IMG/VR virus record: IMGVR_UViG_2541047873_000005
Source: a virus
Lineage: Duplodnaviria > Heunggongvirae > Uroviricota > Caudoviricetes
Reading direction: 5' to 3' (one strand)
Length of the DNA: 47,737 nucleotides
Under the pieces are notes generated by a model that did no database searches, had not been told where the DNA came from, and saw nothing but the letters and a program-made list of their open reading frames with translations. The position numbers were made by a program, and so were the translations under genes. Each line of letters starts with the position of its first letter. Position 1 is the first letter of the stretch. Shown here in pieces: positions 1-13,319 of the stretch.

Positions 1-1284
1 TTACAGACTTCTTGAAGGTTGCGCAGCTGTTACAACACGCGGTTGATCTTCCGCGGCATCTTCCAGTGCACTTAAATCACGGTCTCTCACTTCTGGCATT
101 TTCAGCGCAGAGATTAAACCAATCACTGAATATGCCATGATCATAATGGCGATCGGATACCAGGATTCCGTCATGGTGCAGAAAATACCCGCCAGGATAG
201 GACCAAAACCGGAAGCGATAAGACCACCAATTTCTTTAGAAATCGCCATCCGGGTAAAGCGGTTTTTACAGCCGAACATTTCTGCCATGGTAATGTTTTC
301 CAGAGCAAATAATCCCAGCACCGCACAGTTATGAATCACAATCAGTGCAACCATAATGGTGCTCGGGGCATAGCTTTTATCTACGATGATAGAAAGCATT
401 GGCCACGCCAGCACAATCGCAGAGGTATTCATAATAATATACGGGATCCGGCGACCTATTTTATCGGATAACCAACCAAGGAACGGAATGGTCATAAAGC
501 CGAGAATCGAACTGATCATCAATGCATCTGTTGGAATTGCTTTGTTAAACAATAACGTCTGCACTAAATAGCCTGCAAGGAAAGTCTGAATTAAACCGGA
601 GTTACCAGCCTGACCAAAACGCAGCCCTGTTGCCAGCCAGAAGGATTTGCTCTGGAACATGCTACCAGCAGGTGCAGGTTTTGCTGTCGGTTGGTTGCTG
701 TCGTTAACCTTCTCAAAGACCGGGCTTTCTTTCAGATTCATACGCAACCAGATAGCAAAGACCATCACGACAACGCTCGCCAGGAACGGTATACGCCATC
801 CCCACGCAAGCAGTTCCTCTTTACTGAGAATGAAGAACATAAAGGCCCAGATTGCCGTTGCGCTCAAGGTTCCGCAGTTAGTCCCCATAGCAACAAATGA
901 GGAGATAATTCCGCGCTTACCTTTTGGTGCATATTCCGCCAGCATCGTGCCGGCACCGGAAATTTCCGCGCCTGCCCCCAGCCCCTGAATAATACGCAGC
1001 GTCACCAGCAAAATTGGCGCAAACACACCAATTTGTGCATAGGTCGGCAGCACACCAATTAAGGTAGTACAGATCCCCATCATAGTGATGGTAATAAAGA
1101 GCACTTTTTTACGCCCGATTCTGTCGCCCATTTTGCCGAAAATAAATGCTCCGACAATACGCGCCACATAACCTGCACCGTAGGTTCCCATTGCCAGAAT
1201 TAACGCCATTGCCGTTGATGATTCAGGAAAAAATATTTCATGAAACACTAACGCTGCGCCGAGCGAATATAACTGGAAATCCAT
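1..1284 (-). CDS. ydfJ: MFS family metabolite/H+ symporter (YdfJ-like), apparently 5'-truncated at the prophage junction
   Basis: 427-aa ORF with MFS signature GxLxDRxGRKK and multiple hydrophobic helices; aligns to ShiA/KgtP-type transporters from about residue 30; in-frame stop two codons upstream of the ATG. Confidence 0.75.
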   Translation of the reverse strand: MDFQLYSLGAALVFHEIFFPESSTAMALILAMGTYGAGYVARIVGAFIFGKMGDRIGRKKVLFITITMMGICTTLIGVLPTYAQIGVFAPILLVTLRIIQGLGAGAEISGAGTMLAEYAPKGKRGIISSFVAMGTNCGTLSATAIWAFMFFILSKEELLAWGWRIPFLASVVVMVFAIWLRMNLKESPVFEKVNDSNQPTAKPAPAGSMFQSKSFWLATGLRFGQAGNSGLIQTFLAGYLVQTLLFNKAIPTDALMISSILGFMTIPFLGWLSDKIGRRIPYIIMNTSAIVLAWPMLSIIVDKSYAPSTIMVALIVIHNCAVLGLFALENITMAEMFGCKNRFTRMAISKEIGGLIASGFGPILAGIFCTMTESWYPIAIMIMAYSVIGLISALKMPEVRDRDLSALEDAAEDQPRVVTAAQPSRSL

Positions 1285-2069
1285 AATTCACAGGTGTTTT
1301 TTCCCATCCTGTGGTTTCCTTGGCGTTTTCTAGGTTTTTTCAGATAGTTGCATTTTTTAAAAAGCATCCTAAGTTCGATCTCAGTGTCTATCTGGGGCCT
1401 ATTTCTGTCCCATATATGCCCCAAAAAAACTCCCCAACAGATAAGTAGTTTTTTCATGGATTTATGCGTAAAATCAAGAACGGCTGGAAATCATTCAATA
1501 CTCACACTATCGAAAAATTTACCAGCCAACCGCAGCACGTTCTTGCATAAGGCGTGTCTGCGGTTTTTCAACTATTCAGATACATCACTCCCATCACATT
1601 CATTCCTCCGCATCAAAGGCATATAGGCTATATCACCTTGATATTTTTCTTCTTCAGATAAAAACTGTTATCTATGTATACTTTTAAACCCAATCCGTGT
1701 AGAGTCTCTGCATAAGATAGTTTGCAGTTGCCGCTTCAGCTTGCGCCATAAACCGCCTGATTTTTGCTGCCACCTGTTAGCATTCCTGTATACCTGAAAC
1801 GACAATGTTTATCTACGAACTTTAAGAACACCCAAGATAAAAATTGTCAACTATATCATATATAACACATTACTAATTCGAGGCTATATGAACAGCATAC
1901 TGATAATCACTTCTCTCCTTATCATATTCAGCATTTTTAGTCATGCCCTAATAAAATTAGGGATTGGCATATCCAATAACCCAGACAAAACCGATGTATA
2001 AGCCAACATATCCTGAATCAGACATACAATATCGCAATGAAAATCAATAATATTTTAAGGAATATCTTC

Positions 2070-2303
2070 ATGAAATCAAAAGACACCCTAAAGTGGTTCC
2101 CTGCGCAGCTTCCTGAAGTAAGAATTATCCTAGGGGATGCTGTAGTGGAAGTAGCAAAACAGGGAAGACCTATCAATACCAGAACATTGCTTGATTACAT
2201 TGAAGGAAACATAAAGAAAAAATCATGGCTGGATAACAAAGAATTATTACAAACAGCGATATCAGTTCTTAAAGACAACCAAAATTTAAATGGTAAAATG
2301 TAA
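2070..2303 (+). CDS. ydfK: Prophage protein YdfK (cold-shock-induced, DUF)
   Basis: 77-aa product MKSKDTLKWFPAQLPEVRIILGD... matches recalled K-12 YdfK; AAGGA RBS 10 nt upstream of internal ATG (ORF track start 2037). Confidence 0.7.
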   Translation: MKSKDTLKWFPAQLPEVRIILGDAVVEVAKQGRPINTRTLLDYIEGNIKKKSWLDNKELLQTAISVLKDNQNLNGKM

Positions 2304-2619
2304 TATAATAAACTTACTTTTTTATCATTTTTCCACTTTAACAACATTTTGCTCCACTTTTCCACGACCAAACAACTTGAAATCTGGTTAAAATAACACG
2401 CAACACTATTCTTCTTCCTTGAGTCCGCCCGGAACTCGAAAAACAAACCGAGTTAAAGCCATTTTTCACAAAATCGATTTTGGGTCTCACCAAAATTACG
2501 GGGTTGCATACGCATTCGTTTATTTTCGAACGTGTACATACAAATATGTACAAAAATAATCAAAATTATTTTCTGAGATGCATTATGATATGAACACCAA
2601 TTTCGTATAGAATCTCACT

Positions 2620-3210
2620 ATGTCTCGAATTTTTGCTTACTGTCGGATATCAACGCTGGATCAGACCACCGAAAATCAACGCCGGGAAATCGAAAGTGCA
2701 GGTTTTAAAATCAAACCTCAGCAAATAATCGAAGAACACATTAGCGGCTCAGCAGCAACCAGTGAGCGTCCTGGTTTTAACCGGTTGCTTGCTCGCCTGA
2801 AATGTGGTGATCAATTGATTGTGACAAAACTGGATCGCCTTGGTTGTAATGCAATGGATATCAGGAAAACAGTGGAACAACTGACCGAAACAGGTATCAG
2901 AGTGCATTGCTTAGCATTGGGGGGCATTGACCTGACCAGTCCAACAGGAAAAATGATGATGCAAGTAATTTCAGCAGTCGCTGAATTTGAACGAGACCTT
3001 TTACTTGAACGCACTCATTCCGGGATAGTAAGAGCCCGCGGCGCAGGGAAACGTTTTGGTCGACCACCTGTGTTAAATGAAGAACAGAAACAGGTGGTAT
3101 TCGAACGAATTAAGTCAGGTGTAAGTATAAGTGCCATTGCCCGGGAATTCAAAACCTCGCGGCAAACCATTTTAAGAGCCAAAGCAAAACTTCAGACACC
3201 TGACATATAA
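2620..3210 (+). CDS. pin: Serine recombinase, Pin/resolvase-invertase family
   Basis: 196 aa; N-terminal catalytic motif YCRISTLDQ (Ser nucleophile) and C-terminal HTH; lies next to tail fibre genes as pin does in e14/Qin. Confidence 0.8.
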
Positions 3211-3307
3211 AAAATAATCTCGGTGTGAGATGCTTTACGTCTTCCAAGCCCCCTTCCTTGCCGTAAATGGAAAGATACATCTAATTATAGAATTTATATG
3301 TTTTACC

Positions 3308-3883
3308 CTACGGCAGTGCTGGCCATTCAATATCCTGTGCAGTTGACGTATCAACACGGTTCAGCAATACCCGATACTTTTTCCATGCTTCCAGCAACGA
3401 GATTTCTTCCTCCGTTGCAATTTCCAGATCTGCAGCATCCTGAAGCGGCGCAATATGCTCACTGGCTACCTGCATCAGGTTGTTTTTTGTTTCTTCCGCC
3501 TCCCGGATCCGGAACAGTTTTTCTGCTTCCGTATCCTTCACCCAGGCTGTGCCGTTCCACTTCTGAAACTCCCCTTCCGGGGATAACCAGGTGACATTTT
3601 CCGGTAATGGGCCAAGTTCAGAAATAAATAACGCGTCGCCGGAAGCCACGTCATAGACGGTTTTACCCCGATGATCTTCAACGAGATGCCACGATGCCTC
3701 ATCACTGTTGAAAACAGCCACGAAGCCAGCCGGAATATCTGGCGGTGCAATATCGGTACTGTTTGCTGGCAGACCTGTATGAGGCGGAATATATGCGTCA
3801 CCTTCACCAATAAATTCATTAGTTCCTGCCAGCAGATTATAAATTTTTATGGTCCGTGGTTGTTCACTCATTCTGAATGCCAT
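3308..3883 (-). CDS. tfa: Tail fibre assembly protein Tfa
   Basis: N-terminus [20 protein letters not shown] matches lambda Tfa along its length; ATG overlaps the stf stop (TAATG). Confidence 0.85.
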   Translation of the reverse strand: MAFRMSEQPRTIKIYNLLAGTNEFIGEGDAYIPPHTGLPANSTDIAPPDIPAGFVAVFNSDEASWHLVEDHRGKTVYDVASGDALFISELGPLPENVTWLSPEGEFQKWNGTAWVKDTEAEKLFRIREAEETKNNLMQVASEHIAPLQDAADLEIATEEEISLLEAWKKYRVLLNRVDTSTAQDIEWPALP

Positions 3884-6798
3884 TATGCAAGCCTCACAAT
3901 GTAGTTAAATGCGATGTTTTTGACAGTGTTTTCCGCGTTACCAGCAGCGTTAACGGTGATGGTGTGTCCATGTGAGCCAATCGCAACAGAGTGCGTATGA
4001 GCACCAATACCGACAGTATGTGCGTGAGCACCTGCAGATGCAGCTGTGCCGCTGACACTATGAGTGTGCGCTCCTGCAGCACTTGTATTCACACTGGCCG
4101 CAGACACTACCTTATGTACTGACCCATTTTGTGACCACTGGCTGACTGCTGATGCGCCTGTGACACTATGAGTATGGTTTCCGGCACTTGCGGCTGTACC
4201 GCTCACACTGTGCGTATGCGCCCCGGTGTTATTCGTGGATTTAGTGCCGTAATCAAACGACGATGTGGTTTTCGTCCCCAAATCCGTACTGGATGCACTG
4301 GCGCTGTGGGTGTGCGATTTAATGCCGTCCTGTTCCTGAGACAATACGGCCCGACCACTGGCAGGTTTGCCCTTAATCGTCCAGCCACGCATATCAGGGA
4401 TCACGCCTGACGGATAAGCGGTTGCAAGTTTCGGGTAAGCGGATTTGTCAAAAGTCTGCCCCTGCATCAGGGCATAACCAGACGGAACGGTATCTGATGG
4501 CCACGGGATTGGTGCGCCAGGCGGATAAAACTGCTCTGATGGCGTATAGAGTGAATAAACTGTACCGTCCGTTAACCCTTCCGGCTTATTAGCAGAATAT
4601 GCTGGTGACGTATGAATAGTCACGCTGGCATTACTGGTATAATCCCATTGAATATTTACACCAGTCGCATAATTTCCGATTGCAACGTAAATATCGTAAG
4701 TATCACCAGATGTATTGACCCAGGCAAAATTTGTAAACCCTGTCGATGTGCGCTGCCATAAAGCACCAGTAATCCCCTTCGGATTACCATTACCTGCACG
4801 CAAAACAAGTTCAGATATACCTGCCTGTTGAGGTGACCCCACGTTAAATCCCGCGCCACCAATCAACGTAATTGAAACAACAGAACTCGCCTGTGGCATG
4901 GTTACCGTTGCTAATTTGAACCAACCAGCACCACCGCTGAATGACATTGTTGTTGAGTTAAGCGTACCAATATCTTTCGGCGTCAGTGTTATATCCGCTG
5001 AAAGCGCCTTACCATTCACCTTACGGGCAGAAGGTACCCGACCATTCGCATTATCATTAGCTGCTTTCACTGCTTTCGGTGTCGCGGCAAGCGTTTCAGA
5101 TGCGCTGTTGGTTGCACTACTGAGCTGGACAATTCCTTTTTGTGCTGTCGTAGCGTCCTGAGCAGTATATTTCCCGTTAGCAAGGTCATAGGCTGCCTTT
5201 ACCGACTTTGGCGTTGCCGCCAGCATTTCAGATGTGCTGTTGGTCGCGCTGCTGAGCTGAACTATCCCTTTTTGTGCTGTCGTTGCATCCTGTGCGGTGT
5301 ATTTCCCGTTAGCCAGCTCATACGCGGCCTTAACGGCTTTTGGCGTTGCCGCCAGTGACTCGGAAGTGCTGTTAGTCGCACTGCTGAGCTGTACTATCCC
5401 CTTTTTCGTCGTGCTCGCATCCTCAAGCGCCACGGCGGATGCAATATCCTCTGCCCGTTTTGCCGCTGTCTCGGCGCGCGTTGCCGCGGATTCCGCCGTA
5501 CTTTTGCTCTGAGCTGCCGCCGTCGCACTGCCAGCTGCCTCTGTCGCCTTCGTGGATGCCGTCGTGGCGCTGCCCTTTGCTGCTGACGCCTGTCTGGTCG
5601 CCTCATCTTTTGAAGCAGACGCAGATGATGCCGATGACGCCGCCGAACTGGCGGACGATGCGGCAGCCGTTTTTGAGGATTCTGCGCTGGTTTCCGACGC
5701 TTTCGCGTTCGTCTCGGATGTCTTCGCTGCGGAAGCAGACCTCGCTGCTGCGCTGGCCTGTTCAGTGGCTTCGCCAGCCTTCGTTGTGGCTGTTGAAGCG
5801 GACGATGCGGCGCTTTCTGCCGATTTTCCGGCAGCGGTGGCACTGGCTGAGGCCTGCCCGGCACTTGTTGACGCGGCACTGGCAGACGACGCAGCCGCTG
5901 TTTTTGAGCCTGCCGCAGCTGAGGCGCTCTGTCCCGCTGCCGTCTCAGAAGACCTGGCGTTCGTCTCGGACGTTTTTGCCGCCTTCGCGGAATTTGCTGC
6001 CGCCGTTGCCGAGGAAGCTGCGCTACTGGCGCTCGAGGATGCGTTCGTTTCTGATGATTTTGCCGCCTCTTTTGAAGCCGACGCATCCCGGGCTGAGGTG
6101 GCAGCTTCTGACGCTTTCGTGGTCGCGGTGGATGCAGAAGTGGCGGCTGATTGTTGTGACGCTGCAGCATTCGTTTCTGACGTTTTCGCGGCAGCGGCAC
6201 TGGTAGCTGCCGCGCTTTTTGAGGACTCTGCAGCGGCAGCACTTTTTTCCGCTTCAGTGGCCTTTGTTGATGCCGTTCCTGCGCTGGAAGACGCTGACTG
6301 AGCCGACGAAGCGGCCTGTCCGGCTGACGTGCTGGCTGCACGTGCTGAATCTGCAGCATCAGTCGCATGGGTTGCCGCCTCACGGGCAGATGTGCCGGCA
6401 TCACTGGCTGACTTCTTCGCGGCTGCCGTGTTCTGTGCCACCACGGACGCGTTACGCGCCACCTCTTCCACCATCTGTTCAAAACGGCGCAGTGCCTCCG
6501 GACGGGCATCATCCTCCGTCATGGCACCGAGAAAATCATTCAGCGTACCGGGTTGAGAATCTTCATACACGGTGATGGTCCCGGCATGTGACGGCGGGAA
6601 TCCTTCCACCAACAGAATAACGCTGTACTGCCCGTACTCAACGTCCATGCTGTAACGCCCGGCTTCATCCGGATTTTCTGAGGCCAGCGTGTTCACCACC
6701 ACCGTGGTGCTGTTACGTTTTGCTTTCAGCTGGATTGTGCAGTTCTGTACCGGTTTTCCTGTGCCGTCTTTCAGTACACCTGAAATCTTTACTGCCAT
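3883..6798 (-). CDS. stf: Side tail fibre protein Stf
   Basis: [27 protein letters not shown]-terminus and [23 protein letters not shown]-terminus as in lambda Stf; Ala/Ser/Thr-rich middle, three 40-aa tandem repeats, His-rich GAHTHS C-terminal repeats; ATG at 6798 (track ORF begins at alternative start 6804). Confidence 0.85.
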   Translation of the reverse strand: MAVKISGVLKDGTGKPVQNCTIQLKAKRNSTTVVVNTLASENPDEAGRYSMDVEYGQYSVILLVEGFPPSHAGTITVYEDSQPGTLNDFLGAMTEDDARPEALRRFEQMVEEVARNASVVAQNTAAAKKSASDAGTSAREAATHATDAADSARAASTSAGQAASSAQSASSSAGTASTKATEAEKSAAAAESSKSAAATSAAAAKTSETNAAASQQSAATSASTATTKASEAATSARDASASKEAAKSSETNASSSASSAASSATAAANSAKAAKTSETNARSSETAAGQSASAAAGSKTAAASSASAASTSAGQASASATAAGKSAESAASSASTATTKAGEATEQASAAARSASAAKTSETNAKASETSAESSKTAAASSASSAASSASSASASKDEATRQASAAKGSATTASTKATEAAGSATAAAQSKSTAESAATRAETAAKRAEDIASAVALEDASTTKKGIVQLSSATNSTSESLAATPKAVKAAYELANGKYTAQDATTAQKGIVQLSSATNSTSEMLAATPKSVKAAYDLANGKYTAQDATTAQKGIVQLSSATNSASETLAATPKAVKAANDNANGRVPSARKVNGKALSADITLTPKDIGTLNSTTMSFSGGAGWFKLATVTMPQASSVVSITLIGGAGFNVGSPQQAGISELVLRAGNGNPKGITGALWQRTSTGFTNFAWVNTSGDTYDIYVAIGNYATGVNIQWDYTSNASVTIHTSPAYSANKPEGLTDGTVYSLYTPSEQFYPPGAPIPWPSDTVPSGYALMQGQTFDKSAYPKLATAYPSGVIPDMRGWTIKGKPASGRAVLSQEQDGIKSHTHSASASSTDLGTKTTSSFDYGTKSTNNTGAHTHSVSGTAASAGNHTHSVTGASAVSQWSQNGSVHKVVSAASVNTSAAGAHTHSVSGTAASAGAHAHTVGIGAHTHSVAIGSHGHTITVNAAGNAENTVKNIAFNYIVRLA
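5040..5410 (-). repeat. Three tandem ~120-bp repeats inside stf encoding [28 protein letters not shown](E/D)[15 protein letters not shown]
   Basis: Near-identical DNA units seen directly at about 5100, 5220 and 5340; coordinates approximate. Confidence 0.7.
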
Positions 6799-6805
6799 AT
6801 TCACC

Positions 6806-6836
6806 CCACAAAAAAGCCCGCCTGAACCGGCGGGCT
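6806..6836 (-). terminator. Rho-independent terminator between lom and stf
   Basis: Hairpin GCCCGCC-tgaacc-GGCGGGC followed by U-run on the minus-strand transcript. Confidence 0.5.
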
Positions 6837-6862
6837 GTCATAACACTGTGTTACCTGGCTAA

Positions 6863-7462
6863 TCAGAACTTATAACCGACACCCACGATGAAACCGTCAG
6901 TGCGCCAGTCGCCACTGCCGGAGCCTTCATAAGCAATATCAATGGCCACGGATTCGGTCGGGTTAAACTGCACGCCAGCTCCCCACGCCAGAGACGTGTT
7001 GCTGTGGCGACCGTCATCACTTCCGGTCAGCACGTCGTGCGTTTTCCCCTTGTTGTCAGTTACGCGGAGATAATCCCCGGAGAAAGTCGACACACGGCTG
7101 TAAGCCATACCCGCCATCGCATACGCGCTGAACCATTCATTCACGCGCACAGACGGCCCCACCATCACGCTGAACCAGCGGTTACGCACGGAATCTTCAT
7201 GCCAGCGGGTATCGCTGTAACGGGTAAGCTGGCGATTCTTGTCTCCTGCATAGCTGAATGACGTCACCAGCCCCAGTGTGTCCGTAAACTCATAACGGTA
7301 TTTCACGTTAATCCCGTTCAGATCATCACTGCCGGGAACGTTCGTCCGGGCATGAAGATACCCCGCGCTCAGCGTGGACTGATGTTCAGACGCCCATGCA
7401 GGCGCACCGGATACGGCCAGACAAATGGCTGCGGACAAAATGGCGGCATAAAGTTTACGCAT
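6863..7462 (-). CDS. lom: Outer membrane protein Lom (Ail/Lom family moron)
   Basis: 199 aa with signal peptide; C-terminus [23 protein letters not shown] matches lambda Lom; RBS AGGTAATT-ATG. Confidence 0.85.
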
Positions 7463-7483
7463 AATTACCTCTCGCTTTTCTGC

Positions 7484-7511
7484 AATAAAAAAGGCGTCAT
7501 TTCTGACGCCC
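7484..7511 (-). terminator. Rho-independent terminator downstream of J, upstream of lom
   Basis: Hairpin GGCGTCA-gaaa-TGACGCC followed by U6 on the minus strand. Confidence 0.5.
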
Positions 7512-7528
7512 GTTCTGGGTTATAAAAT

Positions 7529-10930
<3,402 letters not shown>

Positions 10931-10987
10931 TCACGCTCCATAAACGATAAAACCGCCCGGAGGCGGTTTCACATAAAACATTTTGCA

Positions 10988-11635
10988 TCAGCGACCAATC
11001 ACCACAACCTGACCACCATCCCCTTCGTCTGCCGTGCTGATCTCCTGAGAAACCACACGTGACCCCACGCGCATTTCACCGTACAGAACAGGCAGAACAT
11101 TGCCCTGGGCAACCATGTTATCCAGTGAGGAGAAATAGGTGTTCTGTTTGCCGTTATCTGTACTGGCTGCCGTGGGCGTCCTGGCTTTCGGTGCCAGCAT
11201 CTGCGCCACTCCGCCCAGGATCATACTGGCCCCTGCCGCATACATGCCCGATACAGCCGCGGCCCCCAGCCAGCCCACAGGGTTCCACCATGCCACCGCA
11301 ATCAGCGCCGCCCCAAGCACCACCTGAAACACACCGCCACTTTTAGCTCCCGCCAGACGCGGCACGATGTGGATCACGGCACCATTTGCCAGCGGCTCAT
11401 TAAGACGGGCAGATAATTCATTTTCGCCTGCATCACGCCCGGCAATGCGCACCTGATACCAGCCCTCATTCAGTTTCTGACGAAACACCGGGAGCTGTGT
11501 GGCCAGTGCCCGGATGGCTTCAGCCCCCGTTTTCACACGAAGGTCGATACGGCGACCAAATCGTTGCAAATCCCCGTAAAGGCAGATGCGTGCCATGCCC
11601 GGTGACGCCAGAGGGAGTGTGTGCGTCGCTGCCAT
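10988..11635 (-). CDS. I: Tail tip assembly protein I
   Basis: MAATHTLPLASPGMARICLYGDLQRFGRRIDLRV matches lambda I. Confidence 0.85.
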   Translation of the reverse strand: MAATHTLPLASPGMARICLYGDLQRFGRRIDLRVKTGAEAIRALATQLPVFRQKLNEGWYQVRIAGRDAGENELSARLNEPLANGAVIHIVPRLAGAKSGGVFQVVLGAALIAVAWWNPVGWLGAAAVSGMYAAGASMILGGVAQMLAPKARTPTAASTDNGKQNTYFSSLDNMVAQGNVLPVLYGEMRVGSRVVSQEISTADEGDGGQVVVIGR

Positions 11636-12285
11636 TTGTCGGTGTACCTCTCTCGTTTACTCAGTTGTTCAGGAATATGGTGCAGCAGCTCGCCGTCGCC
11701 ACAGTAAATGGCGGCATGATTCGGCACCGATGAACCAAAACAGCACAGCAGCACATCGCCCGGCTGGGCCGCTGACAACGGCACCTGATACAACCCCGTT
11801 GCCTCCATATTATCCAGATAGAGATTCTGGCCGTGACGCCACCAGTCATCCCCGCGATGAAAATCCGGCATCTCAATTCCCGCCAGATGGTAAGCGTCCC
11901 GGAACAGCGTGTAACAGTCCGTCACCCCGTGCTCAAAGCGCCGCCCGGTGAGATGCGGCACACAGCGGAATTTATGAATCGCCCCCCGGCAGACCAGCCA
12001 CCACGGCAAATCACTCTGCACCTGCAGCCGCCGGTCGGCCTCACTCAGCCAGGGCAGACCACCGGGGTGGCTGTGGACCAGCGCCACAATCTCTCCCTGC
12101 ATTTCTGCACTCAGCCAGTCCTCCGGCGACATCCGGAAATACGCCTCCGGCTCACCAGAGATATTCACGCAGGGAAAATATCTTTCCCCCTCCGGTGTTC
12201 TCACCACGAAGCCGCACGACTCCGCTGGCGCACATCGCCGGGCGTGCGCCAGAATCGCTGATTCTGTCTCTGTCATGGGATTCAC
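11533..12285 (-). CDS. K: Tail tip assembly protein K (JAB/MPN plus NlpC/P60 domains)
   Basis: JAMM motif VHSHPGG; matches lambda K; ATGA overlap with L stop; 3' end overlaps I start. Confidence 0.85.
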   Translation of the reverse strand: MNPMTETESAILAHARRCAPAESCGFVVRTPEGERYFPCVNISGEPEAYFRMSPEDWLSAEMQGEIVALVHSHPGGLPWLSEADRRLQVQSDLPWWLVCRGAIHKFRCVPHLTGRRFEHGVTDCYTLFRDAYHLAGIEMPDFHRGDDWWRHGQNLYLDNMEATGLYQVPLSAAQPGDVLLCCFGSSVPNHAAIYCGDGELLHHIPEQLSKRERYTDKWQRRTHSLWRHRAWHASAFTGICNDLVAVSTFV

Positions 12286-12980
12286 TGCGAAAGTTTGTTA
12301 ATGGAAAGGAAGCCGCCAAAGTTGCCGACGTTATTGCGAAACTTACAGCCGCTCAGGCATTTGCTGCATTTATCCTTCGTGATATCGGACGTCGGCTGAT
12401 CATATTCATCCGCGACCGCCGGACCGTGATAACCGCACTCGTCACCGCGATAGGTCCAGGTGCAGGTGTTGGCCAGCATGATGCGCCCCGGAAAAACGGC
12501 ACCGTCCGTTTCCGTCGGCGTGGACAGTACAAAAGAGGCACTCACCGCGCTCAGTTCGCTGCACTGCTCGATGCGCCAGCGGCTGATCACCTCCTGCTCA
12601 GGATCGGCGTCACTGTTTCCGTTGACGAAGTTCACCGCATCCAGAAAACGGGCGTAAACCTTACGCCTGACCACCGTTCCGCCGACCAGACTCTGCAGAT
12701 CTTCCGCCATCCCGGTGACCATGCCGTGCAGGTTAGAAACCGTCAGTGTCGGACGGGCAGCACTGCCCTTGCCATTCAGTTCAAATCCCGTCCCCTGAAT
12801 GGGGTATGCCTGATACTGCCGCCCCTGCCAGGTAACCGGCTCACCTTTTTCGTTCTGCTCATTACAGAAAAAATAACGTTCACCACCGACCTCTGTCAGA
12901 TCGATTTCCCAGAGCACCACCTGGGCTGACTGAGTGAGGCGTGTCGTCTCATGATGTGTTTCCTGTGGAATATCCTGCAT
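12282..12980 (-). CDS. L: Tail tip protein L
   Basis: 232 aa near-identical to lambda L, including C-terminal CSKCLSGCKFRNNVGNFGGFLSINKLSQ. Confidence 0.9.
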   Translation of the reverse strand: MQDIPQETHHETTRLTQSAQVVLWEIDLTEVGGERYFFCNEQNEKGEPVTWQGRQYQAYPIQGTGFELNGKGSAARPTLTVSNLHGMVTGMAEDLQSLVGGTVVRRKVYARFLDAVNFVNGNSDADPEQEVISRWRIEQCSELSAVSASFVLSTPTETDGAVFPGRIMLANTCTWTYRGDECGYHGPAVADEYDQPTSDITKDKCSKCLSGCKFRNNVGNFGGFLSINKLSQ

Positions 12981-12989
12981 CAGAGCCTC

Positions 12990-13319
12990 CTATGCCACGA
13001 CCTGTTCAAAATCTGCCGTTATGGTTACCCACAACGCCCCCACGCTTGCCGACCATTTACGACAAACCACCCTGATCGGCTTCCAGTCATAAGGTGGCGT
13101 CCACTGAAATGCGCGGACGCCACCGTGCCGTTCCAGAAAGGCTTTTAAAGATGGGTGTTCACATTTACGAACACGTATCGTCACGCTGTAAGTCGACAAC
13201 TGGTTATTCAGTCCCGCCGCACGACGCTGTTCATAACCATCGCCAAGCTTCACTGTCACCACTTTCGGCTCTGATACCACATTCATATCCGGGCGCACTT
13301 TCCAGTGAAACGTCTCCAT
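12990..13319 (-). CDS. M: Tail tip protein M
   Basis: 109 aa, same size and position as lambda M between H and L. Confidence 0.8.
   Translation of the reverse strand: METFHWKVRPDMNVVSEPKVVTVKLGDGYEQRRAAGLNNQLSTYSVTIRVRKCEHPSLKAFLERHGGVRAFQWTPPYDWKPIRVVCRKWSASVGALWVTITADFEQVVA

Noticed and set aside
5394-6575. Several long ORFs (372 aa minus; 255, 249, 118 and 75 aa plus) over the stf middle region
   Set aside because: All overlap the Ala/Ser-rich repetitive part of stf in other frames; their products are Arg/Pro/Gln or Ala/Asp homopolymer-like. Artefacts of GC-rich repeat DNA.
12195-12929. 244-aa plus-strand ORF antisense to tail gene L
   Set aside because: Fully overlaps L, whose translation is near-identical to lambda L; the antisense product has no recognisable features.
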